Shown here one piece after another: positions 15,965 through 30,300 of a DNA stretch of 64,000 nucleotides. The position numbers were made by a program, and so were the translations under genes. This stretch comes from Chrysomallon squamiferum (Eukaryota > Animalia > Mollusca). Below the pieces are notes generated by a model, which was given only the letters and a program-made list of their open reading frames with translations, had not been told where the DNA came from and ran no database searches. The first letter of the stretch is position 1, and every line of letters starts with the position of its first letter. The stretch lies in NCBI GenBank assembly GCA_012295275.1, contig CM022666.1, positions 14,446,001 to 14,510,000 on the forward strand, given 5' to 3'.

Positions 15965-16669
15965 AAAATCTTGAAACAATAAAAATCAAACTAAGCATTC
16001 AAATTTGAATTACATATATATCTTGTTTCATCCTTATAGAAGTAGTATGAAGTATAATTTCTTGATTTTAAGTTTAGTTATGTTTAATAGGTGTATGTCT
16101 ATAGTTATACCGACGTGAATTCCAGTCAAGAGGAACGATCATCGTTATGGTTACATGATAAACAAATGTTCGTTTGACCCACGCGTGTTTAACCAGAGAC
16201 AAAAACAATCAAGACTTCAGTGCCTGTCTAATAATCAGAAAAAAAGAGAAATGAACCAATTAAATTCTTGATTGTTTTTGTTTTTTATCATTTTATTTAC
16301 TTAACTACTTAGTTATTTACTGGATTACAGATTTACTTATTTATTATTATTTTCATATTTCATATATATAACAAATAAATAAATGAATAAATAAATAAAC
16401 AGATAGAAATTAAATTTTAAAAAGAAGTAGAAAAAACGAAACGAAAATTAAGTGTATTAAACGAGAAATAAGTAAAAATTAAAATGACAGACGAGGTAAG
16501 CGATGAAAATACCTTTCCAGTTTTTTATTATCACAATATAGAAAATTGGACATTATTCGTGGAAGAAAAGGAGAAAAAATATATACACAGAGACATATAA
16601 AAGGACATGAAAATTATATTCAAACTTGAATATAAGTTTACTTTATGTGATAACACGCTGGAAGATTAT

Positions 16670-16895
16670 GAGATACGACTATGTTTAAAAGAAAGAGGTC
16701 ACAAGGCGTAGTAATATTATTGAAGTGTTTAATACAAAACATATAAGGATATCTGGGGTATCTGCAGTGTGGGACTATTTCTACAGGTTTCAAATAAAAA
16801 ACCACGAAGGACACTCAACTGGGTCGAGTCTGAGTTGAAGTTAAAAGAAAATAACTGTCAACTTTGTCTTAAAACAAGACTGAATTTTTGTTTCG
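16670..16895 (+). other. Putative non-coding first exon of the RBCC-less TRIM copy
   Basis: Diverged inverted paralogue of 28654-28870, with the same donor G|GTAAGATCAC at 16896. Confidence 0.45.
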
Positions 16896-17746
16896 GTAAG
16901 ATCACTTTCTTATTCTTATATTATTATTAATACTGCTATTAGTGATATTGTTTGTATTGTTATTTTAGTTGTTATTATTGTTGTTATTTTTTTATTATCT
17001 TTATTATTATTGATGTTATTTTTGTTGCGGCATATTAATGCAGTGTTGAAGACTTACACTGATTTCTATTAATTACTGATCACTGTAAAGTCTATGGTAT
17101 CTCTCACATTTTCATACGCCTTTCCATCAAAATGAACGTACATCCAAATTCGATAAACCAGTCGCTGTCACTGTCATTAGAAAGAAATAGTCTTATTGTT
17201 CCGGCAAAGAGGGACGAACGCGCGACCTGTCACTTCTCACACTTTTGTGTCCTGTCTGACACGCTCCTTACTTGTGTCCGTCGTTGCCAAGGTTCTTTTA
17301 GTGCTAGTCAAATTGTTGTAAAGATTTTATCTTTATTTTCATTTGCTGTTATGACAAAATCAACAACAACAACAACAAAAACAAGTTCTGCTTTTCAACT
17401 GATAAACGTTCGAAATTTGTTAATTATGGAAATCTTGTTGATTCCTTAAATATTGGTAACCGTGCAATTCATGGATATAAAAGAAAATATTAATTTCTTC
17501 TTACGTAAATGACAAAGGAACCATAAATTTCAAGTTTTATCAAATTTATATAATTTATAATATAATACATCAAAAACACGTTATTACAAAATAACAGTGT
17601 TGTAGGTATTGTTTACATTCTTACCATTACAGTTTTTATTTATTTATCAGTTATTCTTATTGTTACTGTTATTTGTCAATATAGTCAATATTACTTATCA
17701 AGACAAGCCAATTTGCTATGTTCATAAATACTTTCTAAGTAAATTC

Positions 17747-18388
17747 ACACCAGTGAAGTTTTCAGAAAAAACACTAAATTGGGAGGAATGTTGTATTAAT
17801 GAAAACAAGGAATTAGTTAACAAAAGATCTGTAAAAGAAAACCAAAATGAAGACAGGATGAAAGTTATGTATGGAGTAACAGGTGACAGAAGTTTTACAG
17901 AAAACAAATGTTACATTTGGGAAAGTGAAATAACCTGTCACATTTTAGAAAGTGAAGAACTGGATTACGTAGCAGCTCAGATTGGAATCTGTGAGGAGAG
18001 ACATTGTGATGAGGAAAGACAAATAGCTAAAAATAAACATGCTTGGTGTGTTAGTTTTGTCAGCTGTAAAGATCACAATAAAATGTGTTTTCTTGTTTTC
18101 TCCTGTGGTGAATGTAAGTGTCATAGTCCAGTATGTGACTATAAAACAAACACACTAGTCCACACATCACTTACACTAGTACTATACACACAAAATAAAA
18201 CTCTGCACATAATAAACACAGACACTAACACACTTGTACACACACTGACTGATGTTGATGTGTCACAACCGTTGATACCTGTGTTTGCTGTTTTCAGTCC
18301 TGGTTTTGATGTGAAAGTGAAAATTTTACCTGATTTATCAAAGAATTCCACTTTGCTCAAACTGATCTCTTCTTTAATCTGCCCATAA
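17747..18388 (+). CDS. Orphan B30.2/PRY-SPRY-like exon, copy A (open frame; RBCC and native acceptor deleted)
   Basis: Uninterrupted frame with GVTGDRSFTENKCYIWE, IGI, AWCV and PLIPVFAV, fitting B30.2 strand motifs (G..GF..GKHYWE, IGV, LD...GTLSF, PLYP.F). Highly similar to 23944-24590. Confidence 0.75.
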   Translation, partial: TPVKFSEKTLNWEECCINENKELVNKRSVKENQNEDRMKVMYGVTGDRSFTENKCYIWESEITCHILESEELDYVAAQIGICEERHCDEERQIAKNKHAWCVSFVSCKDHNKMCFLVFSCGECKCHSPVCDYKTNTLVHTSLTLVLYTQNKTLHIINTDTNTLVHTLTDVDVSQPLIPVFAVFSPGFDVKVKILPDLSKNSTLLKLISSLICP

Positions 18389-20246
18389 AGTAAAATTATT
18401 TAACAAACAGTAATTAATTTAAAAACAAACAACAAAAGTAAATTTGTAAACAACTGCCTGTCTGTCTGTTATTGTTTATCTCTGTACAATATTTAAATAA
18501 ACTAAATAGAAATATTCTCAGTGACAAACACAGGCTATCAATGTCATCCACACACAAACACAGACACACACAGACACACACACACAGTCACACACACAGA
18601 CATACAGATGTACACATGGACTATTACACTTACTATCTAAATTATTTGTAAAAATAAATTAGTAAATTTTCAGTTTTAAATCTCATTAGAAGTAATCCTC
18701 AGTCTACAGTGTCTCTCTACACCTCCACTGCATGTTGACTATCTAGTCTACTTTGTTAATTAGTTAACTCTTTATGTGCTGTGTACCTGTGTTTTTGTGA
18801 AGAGTAAATTAACTGTTTGAACACATTACACTGTATTACAATACACGTGTAACATGTAAATGTTTCAATTTATATTTTTTATATAAACTGAAATAATATT
18901 TTTATTTTAAACACTTAAACTGTGATTTCATTTAAATAATGAGTGAAAGGAGACTAGAATTTATACAGTTATATGAATGAATTAGAGTTATTGGTGAATA
19001 TCATATTTCATATTATTTTAATGAGTTTATCATGTTATGTATTATAATGTTATCTGGCAGTATTATTGAAATTTATATTAATCATGGATAAATGTTGTTG
19101 AGAAGAGTTTTTGTTTATTTAATTTTATATGAAAATTATTGAATGGTTTAAACAAATAATAATAAATGTGATATTTTAAAACTGATTTCTGTTTTACTGC
19201 TAAATGATATAATGTTTACATAGATCATGATTGCTGTGTTATTTTTTATTCATTCCTTGTTTGTTTCCTTCATTAGTTTTATATTTACTATTATTATTAA
19301 CTTTTTATTTTATTTATTTATTTCTTCCATTTTAAGTTCTTCACCCTTTCCAGTTTTCAGTCAATCACTGGATTTTGTTGTTTCTTTTACTTTTGTTTTT
19401 TCTGTTTTCTTCTTTCATTTGTTTGTTTGTTTCATATTTATTTACAAAAAAAGGGGACTTCAAAGCTGATCTGAATTGCAGTTAAATTATAAATGTTTAT
19501 CCAAAATGATATTTGTTTATTTATTTATTTACTTATTTCTCTCTATCTGCCATACTTCCATCTATCTGTTTCCTTTTTGATATCATATATTCAATATTCC
19601 TTGTTTTGTTACTTTATTTATTAATTTACTTTTATTATTATTATTATTATTATTATTTTTTGTTTTCCACATTTCATTCTTTTTTTTTTCATATATTTTT
19701 ATTTTATTTAATTTTTATTTGTTTTTCGTGACTTTTTCCCTCTTTTAATTATTATATGTAATATTTGTTCAAGCTGGTTGCATCTTTATTAAAATTAGAA
19801 CACTTAAGGTAGATGAAAATGTTAGAATGTGTGTTTGTGTTCTTTAATATTAAACTTGAAGTGCTTTTAAACTGAGTAGTGGAAAGAGTTAAAATACAGG
19901 TGAGTTTAAAAAAATTATATATGTATATATATAATATCAGATAAATCAAATTAAATCAATTTTAAATAATAGGAACAAAACTGAATAATGATGATGATAA
20001 ATATTTTATTAGTTTTAAATTGTGGGTTGACATCATTTTGCATCAGATTTTAAAACAACAGATATGTGAAGTAATTCCATCTGTTCATAAAAAAAAAGCT
20101 TACCTTCTGACCTACATTATTTACAGAGATTTATTTTTCAAACATTGAAAAAAAAAAAAAAAAAAGAGCAAAGAAAAACAAAATCAGATTTCTAAAGTTC
20201 AAGTTTTTTTATAGAAACTGAATATCAATGTTTCTATGTGATTTAG

Positions 20247-22700
<2,454 letters not shown>

Positions 22701-23233
22701 AATCAGCTCATTTCAGAGTTGTCTAGATCAACTGACACTTTGGACTCTTAACAATGACAGTTTTTATAATTGTTGATATCTTTGTATACACTCAATAATG
22801 AAGTATTTTGAGTTAAGATTCTCAGTGTGAAATAAAAATACCAGAAAGGTACTGTTATATCTGTTGTTGTTGTTTGTTTCTTCCTTAATATTAACAGCTA
22901 AAAATATGTTATATAGATATAATTTATATAAAAGAATATAATATAGATAGTATGTAATTTATACTTTCTTGTTTTACATACTGAAAGTTTATTTTTAATT
23001 ATAAAGTTTTCATTCCGTTCGTTTTTATTAGCCAAAATTCATTTAGAATTTAAATATTATTTGCAACATATGTACATTATAAAGCTGAATTTAATTTTTT
23101 TTTATTTTAATTTTAATTTATTTTGTTTGATATCCCATCATTTATTTTCTTGTTTTATTTTTATAAATTTTTCTTGCATACTCTTTCGTTTCTTCCTCTT
23201 CAATAAAAAACAAAACAACAAAAAAATTTTAAA

Positions 23234-23433
23234 NNNNNNNNNNNNNNNNNNNNNNNNNNNNNNNNNNNNNNNNNNNNNNNNNNNNNNNNNNNNNNNNNNN
23301 NNNNNNNNNNNNNNNNNNNNNNNNNNNNNNNNNNNNNNNNNNNNNNNNNNNNNNNNNNNNNNNNNNNNNNNNNNNNNNNNNNNNNNNNNNNNNNNNNNNN
23401 NNNNNNNNNNNNNNNNNNNNNNNNNNNNNNNNN
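23234..23433. other. Scaffold gap (200 N)
   Basis: Run of exactly 200 n. Confidence 1.
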
Positions 23434-23943
23434 AACATTTACCTGTTACACGTGTATTGTAATACAGTGTAATGTGTTCAAACAGTTAATTTACTCTTCA
23501 CAAAAACACAGGTACACAGCACATAAAGAGTTAACTAATTAACAAAGTAGACTAGATAGTCAACATGGACTGGAGGTGTAGAGAGACACTGTAGACTGAG
23601 GATTACTTCTAATGAGATATAAAACTGAAAATTTACTAAATTTATTACTTTTACAAATAATTTAGATAGTAAGTGTAATAGTCCATGTGTGTGTACAACT
23701 GTACATCTGTATGTCTGTGTGTGTATCTATATGTGTGTATAAATATGTGTATGTGTGTGTTTGTGTGTGTGTGTGTGTATGACACTGATAGCCTGTGTTT
23801 GTCACTGAGAATATTTATATTTAGTTTATTTAAATACAGTACAGAGATAAACAATAACAGACAGACAGACAGTTATTCACTTTACAAATTTACTTTTGTT
23901 GTTTGTTTTTAAAGTAATTACTGTTTTGTTAAATAATTTTACT

Positions 23944-24590
23944 TTATGGGCAGATTAAAGAAGAGATCAGTTTGAGCAAAGTGGATTTCTTTGATAAATC
24001 AGGTAAAATTTTCACTTTCACATCAAAATGAGCAGAACAGTAAACAGCAAACACAGGTATCAACGGTTGTGACACATCAACATCAGTCAGTGTGTGTACA
24101 AGTGTGTTAGTGTCTGTGTTTATCATGTGCAGAGTTTTACTTTGTGTGTCTAGTACTAGTGTAAGTGATGTGTGGACTAGTGTGTTTGTTTTAAAGTCAC
24201 ACACTGGAACATCACACTTGTACTTACCACAGGACCAAACATAAAAATACATTTTGTTGTGTTGTTTACAGCTGATAAAAGTAACACACCAAGCATGTTT
24301 ATTATTAGCTATTTGAATTTCCTCATCACAGTGTCTCTCCTCACAGACTCCAATCTCAGCTGCTATGTAATCCAGTTCTGCACTTTCTAAAATGTGACAG
24401 GTTATTTCACTTTCCCAAACGTAACATTTGTTTTCTGTAAAACTTCTGTCTCCTGTTACTCCACTCATAACTTTCATCCTGTCTTCATTTTGGTTTTCTT
24501 CTACAGATCTTTTGTTAACTAATTCCTTGTTTTCATTAATACAACATGTCTCCCAGTTTAGTGTTTTTTCTGAAAACTTCATTGGTGTCA
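23944..24590 (-). CDS. TRIM terminal exon: B30.2/PRY-SPRY-like domain, copy B
   Basis: Acceptor ttttattttcacAG|tgacacca (phase 1), then an open frame to TAA at 23944 with SPRY-like motifs. Confidence 0.85.
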
Positions 24591-24915
24591 CTGTGAAAAT
24601 AAAATATGTTGTTAAATATTTCACTTTTACACTGTCACTTTATACAATTGTTAACAATCAAATACAATTTTAAAACTTGTGTTTTTACACTTAAAAAATG
24701 AAAGTAAATAAATAAAATGTTTTATTAAAATAATTTAATTCTACATTTAAATTTTATTATAATGTTGTTTACTTTCAATATACACAACTTATAATTATTT
24801 TTTTTTTTAAAGATTATTTATTGTTATTATTATTTTTGTCTTTATCAACATTGTCATCATGTATTTTTATCATCATTGTTATATTTAGAAGTAAATAAAT
24901 AAAAACTGTTACTTA

Positions 24916-24994
24916 CATGAAACTTCTCTGTGGATTCCTCTGTGACTGACAGGTTCAGGTTTTAAACACAGAAGTTTTCTTGTTTCAGGTGATT
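24916..24994 (-). CDS. TRIM linker exon (79 nt, +1 frameshift relative to paralogue)
   Basis: tttacAG|aatcacct...gtttcat|GTAAGT. Reads ESPETRKLLCLKT* because of a 5-base A/T run where the 78-nt in-frame copy at 56763-56840 has 4. Confidence 0.7.
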
Positions 24995-25013
24995 CTGTAA
25001 ATATTATTGTAAA

Positions 25014-25056
<43 letters not shown>

Positions 25057-25059
25057 TTA

Positions 25060-25094
<35 letters not shown>

Positions 25095-25096
25095 TA

Positions 25097-25151
<55 letters not shown>

Positions 25152-26348
25152 ACAAATGTAAAATCAGAAGTAATACTAGTACTGTCTTTACAAGGAAAAA
25201 TTAGTAGTATAACTTTTTATTACTTTACAAATTAGGAATAGAAGTGTGAAAAATAAAAATACTGAATGACAGAACTATTTAAATATTAACTACCTAATTA
25301 AACTGAAAACACGTTATCTACTTATGTATACAAAATCTATACATTCATTCAAAATTTGTGAACCTGTTAACAATGAAAAATACCGCCTCGATGTTCGCTT
25401 GTCAAAATGTGCTCGAACCAGACAAGACACGCGACTCGATGTTATAAGTAGGTCAGCTTACGTAAAACTAAAATTTACCGTAGTAACCATAATAATAACT
25501 TACCTTTTATTATTCAGTTGCTGTATATTTTCAAATTAACGTTGTAATCTGTGTAAAGCTATGTATGTACCTCAAAATTGTTTTTACACAAAATTAATTC
25601 TTATGCGATGCCGATCAACATATAACTAATATTAATCAAAAAATCGTTTAGAATAAAAGAAAAACTGTTGTTTTTCTTTTCCACAATTATTTATTATGTT
25701 TTTGATTTGCTACTGTATTAAAGCCAAAATTGTATAACACATTAGGAAACCTGTAACAGTTATTATTAAAGATCGTATTTATATCTCTTCCATTTAGTAG
25801 CATTCTTTTACTGGTAGTTGTCCATCATAGGACATTAATTATGCAGACCTGGTTTATAAATTCAAAGATATTTGGAGACAATGTTCATAGAACAACTATA
25901 TTTCCGACCATCACAACTATATTGCCCCATCAGTCAACGATTCAGTGTATATCACGCATGCGCACCGGTTGAATTTTGTTATCATGTCGTTATGAAAGTT
26001 TTAACGGTTTACTTTCAGACCGTTTAATAAGTAACCAGTACACTGAATAAATAGACTGGAATATTTTCAGTGAACTTCTTCTAACACATTATCTAACGTC
26101 ATTGCGTTTTTGGCGTCTGAAACATAAGCGTTTGCAATGTCAGGCTAAAAATAGATGTATTACACATGATGTTGCGGGTAAATACGAAAAAGAAAATTTC
26201 ACGGTCCGATGTTCACTAATAATATATATCTTTTTAATAAAAATAATCTGCAGGAATATATTAATTAACCGAATGAATTCGTTTCGGAGAGATCCAATAG
26301 CTTCCCTACCTTCACATTTATTATTATCATTAGTATTAAAGTTCATAC

Positions 26349-27465
26349 CTGTATCGTCCTCCTTGAAAATTATGCCATCATACAAAGTAACACTTCGCTC
26401 CAACACTTTGTTGACTTGTTGAAACGTGTCGTCCAAGGTAATTTGCTGCACGGGAACATCAACCAGCTGTAGACTTTCAGTTAGAGACTGAATCCTTTGT
26501 TCTAGAGATTCACACATCTGTAGAAACTCTGCACCTTTTGCAAACTGCATCGCCTGTTGACAGTAGAGAACATGATCGTTCTTTTCACGTTGTGACTCGG
26601 CAATTACTTTTATCTGTTCATCTCGCACAGCTTTCTGTGTGTCTATGTTGGAAGCAACATCTTGTTTCATCTGTTCCTTTCTCTCTGATAATTTTGCTAT
26701 AACTGTGTCATACGAGTCATCAATTGTTTTCAAGAGATGTGCTTTGCTTGCATCCAGTGTTGTGTTTTCTTGTTTCAGTTTCTTGCTGTGTTGTTCTGAA
26801 ACGTCTTTTGAGGCTTGTAACTTGTTTAATTTTGTCATGATGTAATGTTTCTTCTCTTCGTAAATGTCTCTCAGGTTACAGATGTCGTGATCTCTGTGAT
26901 AAACATGAACACAAGAAGAACAGAGGGCTGACCAACACTGTTTACAAAACAGATCAAGTTTCATATGGACATGATCTTTACACATCTCTTTCTGCTGAAG
27001 AAAATATTCATCTGAGGTGATCTTACGCAGTTCTGTTAAAGAAATCGTTTTATGTTGTTTTGTAACTTTAATTTTCTTGTGAGCCAGCAGACATTCATCA
27101 CACAAGTAATCGTCACAATCCTGGCACCAATGTGTTGCTTTAGAATGTCTTTCACAGATTTGACATAATAACTGGTCCGGTTTGTTCTTCATGTTCAGAT
27201 ACTCCACTAAATTGCATACACTTCTGTTTCGCTCAAACGACTCTTCTATGGAGTTGTTAACAGGAAACGGTTTTCTACAGTTAGGACATGTAAGTCCATG
27301 TTCTGAATTGTTCCAGATTCTATGAAGACAAGTAGTACAGAAAGTGTGATAACACGGCAGTATACGTGGACATTTATCTTCCTCATCAAACGAATCCTCA
27401 CATATACTACAAGTAGCAAACTCTTCTTTTAGCTCTAAAAGTGGTACAACCGCTTTTTCAGCCAT
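26349..27465 (-). CDS. TRIM E3 ligase RBCC exon (RING, B-box1, B-box2, coiled coil)
   Basis: C3HC4 RING (CSIC...LPCYHTFCTTC...CPNC), B-box1 (CQIC...CQDC...LCDEC..AH), B-box2 (CKDH...FCKQC...CSSC...HRDH) and a long helical region. Acceptor at 27503-27504; phase-1 donor ACAG|GTATG at 26349. Confidence 0.95.
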
Positions 27466-27564
27466 CGTACAACAGTCTCTCTTTGTTAATGAGATGATCC
27501 GGCTAAAAAATTAAAAATATTATTGGTGATAATGATTTCATTTCTATTATTATTATTATTATTA

Positions 27565-29350
27565 TTTCCTGAGGAAGCATTTAAGAACTCAACAAACTGG
27601 TTTATTTATAATTAGCACTGATTACATTGATAAATAACAGTAAGAATAATAGATAAATAAATAAATGGACCCATAACAATAACAATGATAAGGATAAGAA
27701 AAGAAACACAAAATTGACTATCGTGTTCTGAAAAATACGTGCAGCATTGCTACATTGTAGAAACGTGTTTCTCTTATTATATCTTATGTTCTTAAATTAC
27801 ATAAATTTTTATAAATCTTGAAATTTATGATTCGTTCATCTAGTACGTAAGATCAAATTAATATTTTCTTTTATATCCATGAATTATTCTGTTATCAAAA
27901 TGTGATGAATTAAAGAACAACTTTCGAACGTTCATCAGGTGAGAAACAGAATTTGTTTTCTTTTTTCTTTTTTCCTTGTCATTAATACAATTTAACTAGG
28001 ACTAAACAACTTCGACAACGACGGACACAAATATGGAGCATGTTGAATATCAGACTTACAGGTCGTGCGATCGCCCCTCGTTACAGAAGCAATGAGACTT
28101 TCTCTTCACTCGTTTATCAAAGAAGTATGGATTTTTACGTTTATGGGAAGACACACATAAGATATATCTTAGTGCTAGTTAGAGTAGTCGTTGGGGTAAC
28201 GACAGCGACTTTATTTTCTTACTTGAATAAAAACAATGTTGCAAAAATCATTAGTGTATTAATGTGAGGACTCGACGACAACAACAGTAACAACAACAAA
28301 TTTAACAATAACAATAATAATAACAATAATAACAAGTAAGATAACAATACTAACAATATCACTACTGCTAGTAGTAATAGTAGAAATAATAATATAACAA
28401 TAAGAACTTTATTTTATCTGTGGGAAGACGTATATAAAACGTATCTTACTTCTAATAGTAGACTTTACAGTAAGGACAACGACTTTCATTTCTTACATCA
28501 CTACAATATAACAGAAATCAGAATAAATCTACAAAACTGCATTAATGTCATGCTAATAATAAAGTAAAATCATCATCATCATCATCATTAACAACTGCGA
28601 CAACTACAACAACAACCACAATAATAATATAAGAAAAAACAAAGTGATCTTACCTAAGTCAAAATTCAGTCTTGTTTTAAGATAAAGTTGACAGTTATTT
28701 TGTTTTAAGCTTCAACTCAGATTCGATCCATCGTCTTTTTTATATCAACCCTGCACAAATAGTCCCGAACTGCAGATACCTCAAATCTCCTTATATGGCT
28801 TGATTTAACCACTGCGGTAATATTACTACGCCGTGGGACGACTGTCTTTTAAAAGAGGGTCGTAACAACCTTTTGGAGAGAGGGGGCCAGACAGTTATGC
28901 AGTGTTTTGGGGGAGAGCCAAGATATCAAAAGTATCATACACAGACACAAACACACACACACACAGACACACACACACACACAGACACACACACACAGAC
29001 ACACACACAAAATCTCTTGTGGGTTGGATGTGGCCCGTGGACCAAAGTCTTCCGACCCTTTTTTATCATATACCTCCCTTGCTATAAAGACGTGTCTTTA
29101 CCTGTGTTTGTGTATAACCAATGATCACTGCTTATTTGAATTGTGAAACTCGAGTGAGTCATCGCACACTGAACTTTGTCACTTCTAGACAGAGCCGCGT
29201 TATAAAATTTCAAGTGGACTATACTGTTGTTGGTTTTAGTCAGGACATTATTTTATTTTCTCTTTTTTTTTTCTCTTTTTTTTTCCTTATTCTTTCCTAC
29301 TCTTCATATTTATGTTTATTCATTCATTCTAATTTTTTATTTCTTCATTT

Positions 29351-29381
<31 letters not shown>

Positions 29382-30300
29382 CTTTTTTACACCTCACTTA
29401 CAATTTAAAAAGTTTTAATATTAAAATACTAAAAATATTAGCTGTGTGCTTGTGACTTCCTTGAAATTTTTGTGCCGCCACAAAGAAACAATAAATTAAC
29501 TTTTTAATTAATTAATGTATACATATAAATAAATCCATAAATAGGTACATTTATATAAATATACAAAAAATAGAAAAATAAATACATATATAAACAAGCA
29601 AACAGATATTAATATTAAATAATTTAATATGTTGATTTCTCCTTTTCTGATTAATAAACAAACACTGAAGTCTTGATTATTTTGTTCTCCACTTTAACAC
29701 GCATGGGTCAAACGAATATTTGTTTATGATGTAACCATGGCAATGAGCTTTTCTCTTGACTTTGATGTAAGTATAGTCATACATCGATTAACCACGAAGA
29801 AACATAAATTATAACGTTTCTTTCAATCAAACGAGATTTATATAGGTGAAACAACATGTAAAACTAAATTTTAAAATTTGTTTGCACAGTTATTCTAAAA
29901 AGAATGTTTCAAAACTCTCGCTCAAACACACATGCACACACACAAACATCCACATATACTTGTTTGTTTTCTTTGTCATGTTAAAGATTAGTTATATTGT
30001 GGTTTAACTGTATTTTAAAATAAACAATCACATTAAAATTAACAACGAGTATATCTCTTCAAAATTAATACGGTATTTTAATATATCAATTTCGTTAAAC
30101 ATATGACATTATTGTTCAGACGTTACTTAATTTGTAGCATTAAAAATAATAAAATTATGAAAGAACTGAACACCTCAGACGAGATGTGATTATTTGCACA
30201 TATTGTTTATAACAACTGTACATAGCAACTACCTACACAAACTGTTTCGTGTCTTACGTATTGTCAAATATGTCAACTTTAAAACAGATCAACGCAATGA
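27565..30300 (-). repeat. Inverted paralogue of parts of ~12700-17745 (TRIM upstream region and intron 1)
   Basis: Reverse-complement matches: 27565-28870 vs 16670-17745, and 29010-30250 vs ~12840-14005. Confidence 0.8.
28654..28870 (-). other. Putative non-coding 5' exon of the TRIM gene
   Basis: Strong donor TTAG|GTAAGAT at 28654, conserved in the paralogue at 16895. The 5' boundary is uncertain. Confidence 0.45.

Noticed and set aside
17609-17746. Hydrophobic N-terminal extension of the 259-aa ORF (apparent signal or TM segment)
   Set aside because: TTG start, and the sequence is homologous to TRIM intron 1; the hydrophobicity reflects T-richness.
23061-23462. ORFs spanning N runs (also 58905-59153)
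   Set aside because: Gap artefacts.
24428-24673. Antisense ORFs over SPRY and RBCC exons (also 17722-17907, 18139-18360, 26639-26845, 55813-56034, 56266-56499)
   Set aside because: Shadow frames of the real coding strand.
25503-25550. Candidate extra TRIM mini-exon with a good donor (AAAG|GTAAGT, minus strand)
   Set aside because: Nearby acceptors give stop codons in the required phase, and it is absent from the paralogue.
26140-26348. C-terminal 69 aa of the 441-aa TRIM ORF
   Set aside because: Read-through past the ACAG|GTATG donor into AT-rich intron.
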